This document shows, piece by piece, positions 13,543 through 25,092 of a stretch of 64,000 nt of DNA; positions within the stretch are counted from its first letter, which is position 1, and every line of letters begins with the position of its first letter. Below the pieces are notes generated by a model, which made no database searches, was not told where the DNA came from, and worked only from the letters and a program-made list of their open reading frames with translations. Origin of the DNA: Anolis carolinensis (taxonomy: Eukaryota); assembly GCF_035594765.1 (NCBI RefSeq), contig NC_085844.1:137656107-137720106 (forward strand), given 5' to 3'. The position numbers and the translations under genes are program-made.

Positions 13543-15955
13543 ATGGAGCCTGACGATCCTGTCGATGCCTTGGTCGCTCGCTATAACAGTGAGTTGTCCA
13601 GGGCAATAGACATGATCGCCCCCAAACGTCCCCTCTCGCTACGTGGAGTTGCCCCAGCCCCCTGGTTTACTGGGGAGCTGGCGGAGATGAAACGTGCGAG
13701 GAGGAGACTAGAGTGCCGCTGGCGGACAACTCGTGATGCATCTGACCGAGCACAGTCTAGAGCCGCTATTAGGGCCTATTCCGCGGCGTTGCGGGCAACC
13801 AGGAAGGCTTTCTCGACTGCCCGCATCACGTCTGCAACAACTAGATCCTCAGAGCTGTTTCGGGTTGTTGGGGAGCTCCTCCACCCTCCTCAGGCTGGGG
13901 GGGGCACCTGACATCCCGGCAACTCGGTGTAGCGAGTTTGCTCACCATTTTGCAGACAAAGTCGCTCAGATTCGTTCCGACTTAGATGCTGACCTTGTTG
14001 CAATGCCAGGTGAGGTAACCGAGGCTTCTGTCTGTTCGATCTTGTGGGATTCGTTTCAGCTTGTGCAGCCTGATAATGTGGACAAGATTCTTGGAGCGGT
14101 GAGGGCGACCACCTGTGCCCTTGACCCTTGCCCATCTTGGCTTTTAAAACAGGCCAGTGGTGGGTTGGTTGATTGGTTTGTGAGAATAATTAATGCCTCT
14201 TTGGAGCAGGGTAGATTTCCATCTAATCTAAAACAAGCGGTGGTGAGACCTATCTTAAAGAAGGCCTCCCTAGATTCGACCAACTCGCATAACTACATAC
14301 CAATCTCCAACCTTCCATTTTTGGGCAAGGTCTTGGAGCGGATGGTTGCCTCTCAGCTCCAGGGATTCTTGGATGATACGGATTTTCTGGACCAATCGCA
14401 GTCTGGCTTCAGGCCTGGTTTCAGTACCGAGACGGCTTTGGTCACCTTGGTGGATGACCTCCGCAGAGAGCTGGACAGGGGGAGTGTGACCCTGCTGGTT
14501 CTCTTGGATATCTCAGTGGCTTTCGATACCATCGACCATGGTATCCTTCTGGGACGTCTCTCCGGGATGGGCCTTGGGGGTACTGTTCTGCAGTGGCTCC
14601 AGTCCTTCCTAGAGGGGCGTTCCCAGATGGTGAAGCTGGGGGACACCTGCTCGGACCCCTGGCCATTGTCCTGTGGGGTCCCGCAAGGTTCTATTCTGTC
14701 CCCCATGCTTTTCAATATCTACATGAAACTGCTGGGCGAGGTCATCCGGGGTTTCGGAGTTCGGTGCCATCTCTACGCGGATGACACCCAACTCTATTTT
14801 CCACCAAAATCCAAGGAAGCCCCTCGGATACTGGATCAGTGTCTGGCCGCTGTGTTGGCCTGGATGAGGGCGAACAAGCTGAGACTTAATCCTGATAAGA
14901 CAGAGGTCCTCCAGGTCAGTCGAAAGTCCGATCGGGGTATTGGGTGGCAACCTGTGCTTGACGGGGTCACACTGCCCCTGAAGGCGCAGGTCCGCAGCTT
15001 GGGGGTCCTCCTGGATTCGGGGCTGACGCTTGAGGTTCAGGTGTCAGCCGTGGCCGGGAGGGCCTTTGCACAATTAAAATTTGTGCGCCAGCTGCGACCA
15101 TACCTCGAGAAGTCTGATCTGACCATGGTGGTCCACGCCTTAGTTACCTCTAGACTGGATTATTGCAATGCGCTCTACGTGGGGCTGCCTTTGAAGACGG
15201 TCCGGAAACTACAATTAGTTCAACGCATGGCAGCCAGGTTTCTAACTGGAGCAAATTACAGGGCACGTTCAACGCCTCTGTTTAAGGAGCTCCACTTCCT
15301 GCCGCTTACTTTCCAAGCCCAATTCAAGGTGCAGGTTCTTACCTACAAAGCCCTAAACGGTTTGGGACCCGCCTACCTTAGAGACCGCATTTCCCCCTAT
15401 GAACCTGCACGATCTCTTCGCTCGTCGGGGGAGGCCCTCCTCTCGCTCCCACCACCCTTGCAGGCGCGGTTGGTGGGGACGAGAGAGAGGGCCTTCTCTG
15501 TCGTGACCCCCCAGCTTTGGAACCTGCTCCCTAGGGAGATTAGGGTGGCCCCCACCCTCCTCTCCTTCCGGAAGAATCTGAAAACCTGGCTTTTCCGGAA
15601 AGCCTTTGATGAGTGACTTTTGTTGGTTTAAGATGCCTGCCTATGTAATAATAGACCCACTGATCTGCCCTTTTATTGTCACTATTGTCATTTATAGTAC
15701 TTCATTGACTATCTCAATTATGTAACTATCTCCTCCCTATTTGACACATTCACCTTTCGGCCCAGACTTGTGTTTGATATACCTGTTTTAACATTTTATC
15801 TTGTAAGATTGTCCTTTTCGATTGTTTTACCGATATTGTTGATTTATTGTTGTAAATTTGTGTTTTTGTTTTGATTTTATATTGTGATGTTGGGCAAGGC
15901 CCCATGTGAGCCGCCCCGAGTCCCTTCGGGGAGATGGGGCGGGGTACAAGAATAA

Positions 15956-16016
<61 letters not shown>
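13543..16016 (+). mobile_element. 5'-truncated L2-clade LINE with RT ORF (13733-15616) and (TTA)n tail
   Basis: PISNLPFLGKVLER, QSGFRPGFSTET, LLDISVAFDTIDH, GVPQGSILSP and YADD motifs; 3' stem-loop gagtcccttcggggagat; frameshift at the G-run near 13896; (TTA)n at about 15957-16016. Confidence 0.93.
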
Positions 16017-16278
16017 GCCTGATGTCGAATTTCATTTCATGTCTAAGAAATTATACTGCCCAAACTGAAGAATAACTAGTGTTCAAACAGCTATAAAAGT
16101 TTAAAGATTATTGAAGTTTTTAATGACATAACTGCAGTTGTTAAAAGTTGGGATAGAGCTGGAAGTATTCTGTTAAATGTAATGGCAATTCACTTTTTTT
16201 AGGTTCAGTTGGTTAAACACAGCTTTATCAAAGGATCTTCTGTAGTTAAAATTCAACTTTTAGCTTTTACTTATAAAT

Positions 16279-16450
16279 GCTAAACAGCGTAAGTCTTGGT
16301 TAGTACTTGGGTGGGAAACATTAATGAATATAAGGTACTATAGCTATATTCCTGATGGGGGTAACTGGCAAAACCACCTCTGAGTATTCCTTAACTAAGA
16401 CAGATCCCATGAAAACCATCAGTTGACAAGCGATATGAAAGCACATAGAC
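16279..16450 (+). mobile_element. Decayed 5S rRNA-derived SINE (5S-Sauria/SINE3-like)
   Basis: gctaaacag...tggttagtacttgggtggga...gaata resembles the 5S rRNA internal promoter region; followed by an actggcaaaaccacctc tail. Confidence 0.65.
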
Positions 16451-18879
16451 ACATTGAAGCAGCATTGTGAAAATGCAAAATTTAATCATCTGGTAGTGCT
16501 TGGTGGCACAATTACATTTTCTCTTTTATATTTTCCAAAATCTCCCTTCCCTTGGTTATTTAATTCTTCTTCCCAGTCTGATGGAGCTTACTGAGAAAGT
16601 CAGTAGTGAAAATCTTCATGGTTCAGATTTCAATCCAAGCAAAACTGGTATGCAAATAAATGTAAATCGTTTTTTAAATCTTGGTGTCCAAATTGACAAT
16701 GCCCTTAATTCAGCACTGTGATACAGTTTAGTAGAATAAGTATAATCTGCCAGACTAATAGAACAATTGAAGCTGTGGGTTACCATATTTCACCACGTAA
16801 TAGTTGCCACTGCATAATCATCACATCCCTCCTTTCCAGTCTAAAAAATTGTTTCTTGCCTTTCCTTGCTTAATGGTTGCATTAATCCTCCTCCCCTCTC
16901 AGAGGTACATAATTTTTGAAAACCAAATAAACCGAACTGGCTGGGGCTCTTCCTCTTTCCTTCTTGGAGGTAACACAGTTTTTAAAAAAACAGCCAGCTG
17001 GGGCTCTCCCCCTTCCTTCCTCTCATCTTAGAAAAAATGCAACATGTGCAAAAAAGAGGCGTTAAAATGCAACAATTCTATGGTGAAATGCGAGATTTTG
17101 TTTGAGTACAATTGCCACAAAATTATCCTATACCTTCACATAGTTATGTAATATTGCTAGTACCATTGCACCGTTTTAAGTACTACAACACTATCAGGAA
17201 GAATGGAGAAATTGGGCTGAAATGAATTCCTTTGCTTAAATAAAATGTACTGCTATTCCATGTCTGCAAGACTGAATGTTTGGCAAACAGATTAAAAAGG
17301 GACTTTAAAGCACCAACAGACAGACAGTGCAAGCCATTACTACAGTAAGGATAGATAGATAACCGTTGTGCTCTCAGACCCCTTACAGGTACTCTGCTTC
17401 TGGATTCCAGACACACACATGCACCAGGAGCCTCAACGCCACTGTCGCAACTGGGGATTGAAAGACAAGGCTTACCGCATAGGTAATTGGGGTGGGGTTG
17501 GGGAGCAATAGATTTACGGGGTGGGGGCATCTATACAGATGATGAGTCCTGTACACCCAAGATGTGCTAATCAGAAACACCCATAGCTAAAGGATTTTAC
17601 TACTGCACCTCTGGAAAAGCCCCAAACTATACTGTTTGAGTAGATTCTGTAGCAATGTCTTCTATGAATAAGAGATAAGGTATGCATAGTATGTGCACTA
17701 GGGAAGCTTCCTTTTGGCAAGAATTGGGCCCAAGGCTCACTGCACTTATAACACACATTGGGAAAACTAATGGAAACCATATAACTGCCTTTATTGAAAA
17801 GCAAGCACTTGTTGTTAGCAAACTGCTGTTATATATTCTTTATCTTGCAGAATCAGAACCAGGAGATACTACAGCAGAACAGAAACAGGAGAGGGAATTG
17901 CCATGCAGTTCACAACATTTGATGAGTGAGTATTCGATCTGGTACAGCACTTATCTCTCCAGATGTGTAGTGGAAGGCTAACAGGTGAGTGCATTATTTG
18001 GGAGAGCAGGGAGGCTGACTGAGATGCGTGTAATGCAGTGTCCTTCAGTAAGGCATCCTCCTTCATCAATGCTTCTTAATTTGGTTCACATCTAATATCT
18101 GCATTTACAGTAGACTTTGGACATCACTTCCCTATATTTCTTTTCTCTCTCTACAGATAACCCAGCTATCATCAAGCATGCACAGAAGCAAGGCTGTTCC
18201 CCACATGCCATAGTATGCAGGTCACAAGATAGGTCTACAGATTCACCAGCCACCAGTGAGAAGCCAATTATTTGTATATCAGCTGCCACCATTTTGTTCT
18301 GTAGGGTTTCTATGTTTTTGAAAGTTTCATAACAGGCAGAGAGACAACACTACGTAGGGTTGGAGAAAATGGTGCTTGTTATGCTTATACCTGCCATGCA
18401 ACTGTCTACCATACTGGAATTCCTCAAGAACAAACAATGTGGCAGTTCCTAGACTGTGGTGTTGCCAGAACTCATTCTACAACTGATATTGATTAATAAA
18501 AGTAGTGCTTGTTTCACTTTTCTTACATTGGTTAGCAGATGAGGAACACTGATCTAAACATCTTAATAGGGCAGGTCATGGAAGGATTCTCCACTACAAC
18601 AACGGTTGATAATCTGTGTGGCTTTTCTTTTTTATAAATATATTATCTTTTATACCATTATTAAATATTTTAAAATTCCAAAACATTCTTATACCCCCCA
18701 ACCATCCCATTACTTACATAGCATTATAAAAATACAGCATTGTCAATTCTGTTTCTTTTATGTTATTCTGCTTTTATTTGTTACATATAATTATTGTAAA
18801 GTGTATTAATTGCTCAACCACCATCTTTCTTGGACATTTGGTGATTTAAATTCACCATTGCTTTTACACATGAAGCTAA

Positions 18880-19300
18880 TAAATGGTTTCTAAGTTCTGT
18901 CAAATAGATCTTTCAGTTCTCCTTTTGCTAACCTTATTTTATGAGTTAACTTTTCCCATAGAGCTGTCACCCATATCTTGTTTAACCAATCCTTTATTGT
19001 CCAATTCTCGTAACTTTTTCCAGGTTTTCATTATTTCGAGTCTTGCGACACATAACATGAGCAGTATAAGATTTTTATTTACCAGATACTTCTTCCTTTT
19101 GAACACAGAAATCACTAACAGAACTCCCTTGAAATGCACTTCTTCTCCCACTATTTGGCCTATCCGTGATAGAGCTTCGTTCCAGAATTTCTGTGTTTTT
19201 TACCCAAATCTGGTTTCAGTCCCTTATCTCTCTGCACTTTCTCCAATATAGTTTAAGGATTCTGTTATTAAATCTATGTACTAGTTTGAGTGGATAATAG
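18880..19300 (-). mobile_element. Decayed L1-like ORF2 3' fragment
   Basis: Minus-strand LILLMLCVARLEIMKTWK resembles the L1 ORF2 C-terminus; the minus strand is A-rich. Confidence 0.45.
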
Positions 19301-20993
19301 TACCACCTATGCAATATTTTCAGAGAATTTTCTCCCAGTTGTGCTGAGATTGATTTATATGCTTGAGTTTCCCAAATTGAGTTCCATTGTTTCTCTTCTA
19401 TTTTTAACCCTAAATCTGATTCCCATGCTAATCTATATGGCCTTTCAAGGGTTGATCATCTGCTCTTCATGGCCTTTCAGTTATAGCACCAGCAGGAGTA
19501 AGGGAGGGTTCCTAACAGTTCAATATAATTTCCCTTTCTTCTTCACTTGCTGCCAGTGTATTTTCCTTCTACATCTCCTTACCAACCACAGGAAGACAGT
19601 GTGACTCAATCCCCTTGACATATCCACTGAGCTTTTTGGCTAGTGTGGTTTTATTAGTCTTCCCTCTTCCCTTGGTGGGGGCTGATGTAGGCAATGTACA
19701 GACTTCAGCTGAAAGAAGCTATCTCAGGTTATTACTCCCATACTCAGTATATCAGAATTAACTGGACGGTGGTGGTATAAATAGCCTGTCGTGGGGGTCG
19801 AAATGATTTGAGAGTTTCCATGAGATAAATTGGGTTCACAAACCAGTATAATTCTCTAAACCAAAGAGAATGGGAGCTGAAATGCTGCAATGTGTAATAA
19901 TTAAGCATGGAATGAAATTAATTGTCTGACAGATACGAATTGGGAATTTACCTGAATCATACTCTAGGTTTATGCCAACCAGTTATAGTGAAAATATAGT
20001 TATTGCTAGAAGCAAAGGGTTGTCTTTGTGTGTTAGCAACTATATCTCTGTAATCAGAGGTGGAAAATGAATCCACAACTGCTAACATACTTTTCTAACC
20101 GAATTATCAACCACACACAGTACTGACTTCTGCAAACCTTTCAGAAAAATAATATTCGTCCTCCTTTGTGTGGGGAGTAGACCCTTTTCAATGGAACAGG
20201 TCACATACTAGTTCCTATTCTTTTTGCAGTTACGTGCACATGTTTTTTATGAGATACCTAGTACTGCAAGAAGTCTGTAACCAGTTTCTTTGGCGGTTTG
20301 TTATGTCTGGGATCTGTGTGCACGCCTCTTTCCCCTGACCGTTAAATGGCTAACAGATCAGTATACCCTTCCTTCATTTCCTGTTCAGTTATGGCTGTTT
20401 CTCTGAGAAAATATTTTTGAATGCTTCTGCATTTGAGTTATCTAGGGGCCTTGAGCCATTCTGAGTTTTGTCCTGAAGATACCAGTTGCTACCCTTATAT
20501 CTACAGAGCTATGCCAAACTATGATGAAGGAACCCTACAATACACATGTTTGTATTTTGTGTGTGTATTCTGTTCTAGTGTCACGGAATCTTTGCCGTTA
20601 CTATATGTTGCTCTTATTTTCTGCGTACAAACAAGTGGAAGAGGGAACATAAGCACTGGCACAGTAGAATTACCACATGGACTGTTCCATATCTTTTAAA
20701 GATGAAAAAAGAAAACAAGATTTAGAGACCTAAGATAAATAAGAAATTGTATTGCTGAATCATAATTCTTTTTAGACATTGGTGACTAATGAAACTGACT
20801 AGAGAGACCTATTTCATGTATTAAGTTTTTTTAGACTTCTGCTTGTTTTTTGACATGAAGTATCCTAACCTAAGATTTTTTATTTAGCACCCATTAAATG
20901 ATATCTGCTGTTTAATATTTGTTTGAATTTTTAAAACTGATCTAATAGTATTCTTGTCTCCTCCCCCAATTTTCTGAAACAAAATCTTTATAG

Positions 20994-21091
20994 AATCCCA
21001 TGCAAACGTCAAGAGGGAGAATGGAGTCAAAGAATTCACAGATACAAAAGAAGTACCACATACTGAAGAACATCTTTTAGATTTTAATATG
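20994..21091 (+). CDS. KIAA0232: KIAA0232 penultimate coding exon (ESHANVKRENG...EEHLLDFNM)
   Basis: ctttatag|AA acceptor and ATG|gtaagt donor; 98 nt, phase 1 to 0; matches human ECYTNAKGE...EERLLDFNR. Confidence 0.9.
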
Positions 21092-21900
21092 GTAAGTTCT
21101 AGCATCTCTTTCTAGCATCCATTACATCATATCCATCATTACTAGAAGATAACATCTGGAATATATAATTCTTTCTTTTCATTAGTAGTCTATCTCATTC
21201 AAAATCTCATTCCTCTAGTTGCCAAGGGAAGTATTATTGATTTTTGATTTTGACTAGAATTCTTTACATCCCATTGCTTCCTGCTAAAGAATTTGAGATT
21301 CCAAGACTTCTTCAGGGAGAGAAGGAAACTCTTGTTGTAGGTCTTTTGGTAGAGGGAGGGATAGGAAATGTGTTTCCCTGGTGCCCCTTTCCTCTTGTGT
21401 CTCTTTCCCAGAGGTTTTGGCCAAGGTCATGAAGCCCTCTGCATCAGGAATATGAAAATGTACTGATTTGTGGGAGGGTTTTGGCCAAATGCTGCCTTGT
21501 GCCCTCTTCCAGTGCCAGCAGAGTTCTGTTGGAATCAACTCTTTGGCCTAAGTCCATTTGCTAGGCCAAATTCAGACTCATTGAGTTAGTGAGAATTGCA
21601 TGAGAGTTGAATTTCTATTGAACACTGATTCAGCTGGGCTCTGTTTGGGGAATAACAATGGAAATCAAACCTTTGTTTGTAAATTAGGATACTTGCATGG
21701 AAATCTGTTAGTTTGTTTGAATGATTGATCAATATGCAGGGTTTCTTCCAGAACAAAATAACATTAAAACACAGTTGAATAAAAAAAGTTTTAAAAAATG
21801 TAAAATACGTTCATTTCTAATTTTTTTGTATTATTTCTGAACTATAATAACCTTTTCTCTTGCAAAACACTGACATACGTTTTCACATGAAAATCCTTAG

Positions 21901-22077
21901 GTCGCTTCTCTTCATGAAGCAAGATGTGCAGATCCTAATTCTGAAACAAAATCAAATGGTTTTAGGAAGAAGCTATACTCCAGTGATAGCTCCGGGTCTG
22001 AAGGCACAGCATCAGAAGGTGGAAATGGATGGACAGACCCTTGTGAAGAGGAGCTTTTCTCTCGAACTCACCTGTAA
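21901..22077 (+). CDS. KIAA0232: KIAA0232 last coding exon, ending EEELFSRTHL*
   Basis: ccttag|GTC acceptor; stop TAA at 22075-22077; C-terminus matches the recalled human EEELFSRTHL. Confidence 0.95.
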   Translation, partial: VASLHEARCADPNSETKSNGFRKKLYSSDSSGSEGTASEGGNGWTDPCEEELFSRTHL

Positions 22078-24349
22078 AATTAGATGATCTAGGAACAGCA
22101 TGAGATGGGAAACTCTTCTAGAAGGCCTGAAACTCAATACTGAATTGAGTTCCCCCTTCAGTTAATGGATTCAGAAATGTATTTATCTTTCTCTTCTTGA
22201 TATTTTATTTTCAATAGTTGGGATTCTAGTCCCATTGAAGGCTTTTCCCCCTCCCTCCAAAATGTTAGCTCCTTGGCTATTTGGACCTAGAGTAGATTGT
22301 GTTGTCGAATCAAGAATGGATGTGCATGTGATTTGTCTTGGTAGTATCACTGCTATTTTGCATCCTAGCTGCAGTTATTTTTATTTTTAACTGTAGCCCT
22401 ATCAGTATTACTATCTTACTAGCATTGCAGTGTCTACAGCTATTCAGAGATTTTAACTTTCGGCACATTTAGGCTTTTAAGATTTGGGAGATAAATACTT
22501 AACACTGTAATCTATCAGTGCCTTTCTGAATGTGAGAGGAAAGCATGTATGGCTTGTCCTGTCTTTTAAGATCTCATAACATTGGAGTAGGAATACTAGG
22601 GCTGTGCTTTAGAGACTTTCAGAAACTGTGTTTTCTATTCTAAGTTCTCTCCTCTTAACTCATATAAATTAACACAGTTGAAACTATTGTTTGTTACCTT
22701 CTTGCTAGCAGAGATTATTTGCAGGCCTGAAAAAAGAAACACAATTTTCTTTTCCTCCTTGTTTTCAGGGCTTAGTGTTCCATCTTTTTCAGGTTTTAGT
22801 GTTGTAAAATAGATCATTAAACAAATGACACTACAGTCTGGTCCGAAGCACACTTAACTTTAATGGTACATTCTTGCAGGCATGCTTAAGGTTGTATCAT
22901 TAATGCCCCTGGAGAAATTATGAACAGTGAATTTTGTCACAAGCTGCAGAAATTTGACCGAAACTATCTCAGAGTCAACATTCAATATTTTATATGCAGA
23001 AGGTTAGTATATCACCCAAAATCAATCCAGTGGCTCCTGCAGTTAGCTACTATTGTGGTTCTAATTTAGTAAAACTTGTAGCTAACTTTGTGTTCTGAGA
23101 GAATGTTAGGAGTAAGTTGTGTGTTGTGGGTGTGAGTGGGGAAAATGACTTACGTGTGTGATTGCAGTAGTGATTGTTGCTTTATGTGACCTGCTCTTAA
23201 AGTTTATTTTAACATAGTCAATGCATCTGTCAACTTGTAACTGTGCAAGACTATCAATTCCCTGTGCTACTAATGTATTATGCAAATCATAAGAGCCAGG
23301 AGGAGCAATATAGGTTTATACCATTTCATAGTTTTAAAAACTGATCTATACAATAACAGCATGTTTAAGACATCAGAAAGTGCAGAAAGTTTACTGTTGA
23401 TTTGAAAATGCTAAGCCATTAATTTTAATAGGCAAGAAACTCCTAACAATTATAGTTGTTTGAAATGAAAAGCTGAACTGGCTTTCAAGTTTCATTCTGT
23501 GCTAGTTAGCTGAAATGAATTTGAGTTTTGTTGCCTTTTCTTGACTAGTACATGGACGTAAGATCTAGGATATCAGCAACTTCTAAGATTGCATGTATTC
23601 TTTCTGTTGAAACTTTGACTCCAGTGGCTTGGTTTGTACTTTCAAGGGAAATATTATTAACTGCTTTTAAGCTGCATTATTTTAGCTTTCATACAAAAAA
23701 TCTTTCCAGTGTTGGGGTTGTTTGTTTTTTCTTATTTGAGATTCTGGATAGGTTTTTAAATATTTACTTTCTTCTGGAGCTTCCTTAAAAATGTTGTATA
23801 GCACATGCACTGAGAATATTGTCTGTCAACATGAAAGCAAAAAGAACGAAAACTGATGAATTCTAATGGTTTAATCCAACTAGAGTCATTGTTAGAATAA
23901 TGAATGACCAAACGGGAATATTTGGGGGGGAGGGGGACCCACACCTTTTAACCTTGGCTTATTTAGATAGATATCTCAGTGAAAGGATGATTCATTATAT
24001 TATGATTTAATATTTTAACATCTTTAAAAATGTACATGTTACATGTGTGGGCAATAACAAATAATATTTATTTGTTTCATAACTGAATGGATAAAATTCT
24101 GAAGCTTTCCAGTGAGAAGGTTGATGTGTGAGTTTGTGTTTTTGTTTCTCTGCAAGGATAATTTAAAAAGTGGAGATGCTAAAATGCACTGTGGTATGAA
24201 GCGCATTGCATATCCATAGCACTGAAGTATCAGTTTTTCATTCCTGGGCTGAATTTGTTTCTACTTTTTTGCTTCAAGTGGTTGTATTGTTCTGATTTCA
24301 CATACACCAGGGTAACTGAATTTGTTTTTTGTGGAGTTACTAAACACCA

Positions 24350-24355
24350 AATAAA
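24350..24355 (+). terminator. Probable KIAA0232 polyadenylation signal (3' UTR about 2.3 kb)
   Basis: AATAAA followed by a GU/U-rich element (gttgcgttgttttgtgtatg) at the end of a TE-free UTR-like stretch. Confidence 0.6.
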
Positions 24356-24823
24356 AGATAAAAGGACAGTTGCGTTGTTTTGTGTATGTTTTATCATACA
24401 AAATCTACCTTTAACGCAGCATTGACATAGATTTCATCCACCTAGTATGCTGAAGAACACAAAGCCCTGCTATCAAAGGATACTATTGCCAATACTTATT
24501 TATATTGGTGCACCAAGTACAGCCTTTCCTGTACCAAGATAACCTAGTGATAGTAGTCTAGGCACTAGTAACCTGCACATTAGACTACTGTAGTGTGCTC
24601 TATGTGGGACTGCCTTTGAAGATGACTTAGACGCTGAAGTTAGTGCAAAATGCAGCAGCTCAACTGCTGGCTGGAATACCATATAGGCAGCATATTGTGC
24701 TGATATTAAAAGAATTACACCGACTGCAGTACATTTCCAGTCAACATTCAAAGTGCCTGTGAGGACATTTAAAGCCCCAAGCCCTTGATACTTGAGGAAC
24801 ACCTCTTCCCATATGTGCCTGCC

Positions 24824-25092
24824 GGAGCCCCCAGATGGCGTAGTGGACTAAGTGACTTGAAGGTTGGGTTGCTGACCTGAAAGCTGCCAGGTTCGAATCC
24901 CACCCGGGGAGAGCATGGATGAGCTCCCTCTATCAGCTCCAGCTCCATGCGGAGACATGAGAGAAGCCTCCCACAAGGATGGTGAAACATCAAAACATCC
25001 GGGCGTCCCCTGGGCAACGTCCTTGCAGACGGCCAATTCTCTCACTCCAGAAGCAACTCCGGTTGCTCCTGACACGAAAAACAAAATACCGG
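24824..25092 (+). mobile_element. tRNA-head SINE (Anolis SINE2/ACASINE2-like) with a Vingi-type 3' end
   Basis: Box A tggcgtagtgg and box B ggttcgaatcc; GACACG-A tail; 12-bp TSD TATGTGCCTGCC at 24812-24823 and 25093-25104. Confidence 0.85.
24950..25044 (+). ncRNA. HDV-like ribozyme fold (probably degenerate) inside the SINE body
   Basis: P1, P2 (TGAGAGAA/TTCTCTCA), P3 (GCC/GGC), P1.1, GGGCAA, P4 (CGTC/GACG) and J4/2 GCCAA occur in HDV order; two P1 mismatches. Confidence 0.65.

Noticed and set aside
15957-16016. (TTA)n arrays here and at 33218 and 57555 as independent repeats or CRISPR-like arrays
   Set aside because: They are expanded L2-type retroposon tails with no spacer structure, in eukaryotic DNA.
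16578-16648. Exon-like segment LMELTEKVSSENLHGSDFNPSKT with AG/GT ends
   Set aside because: It is phase 2 to 1 and no compatible upstream exon was found, so it cannot be supported.
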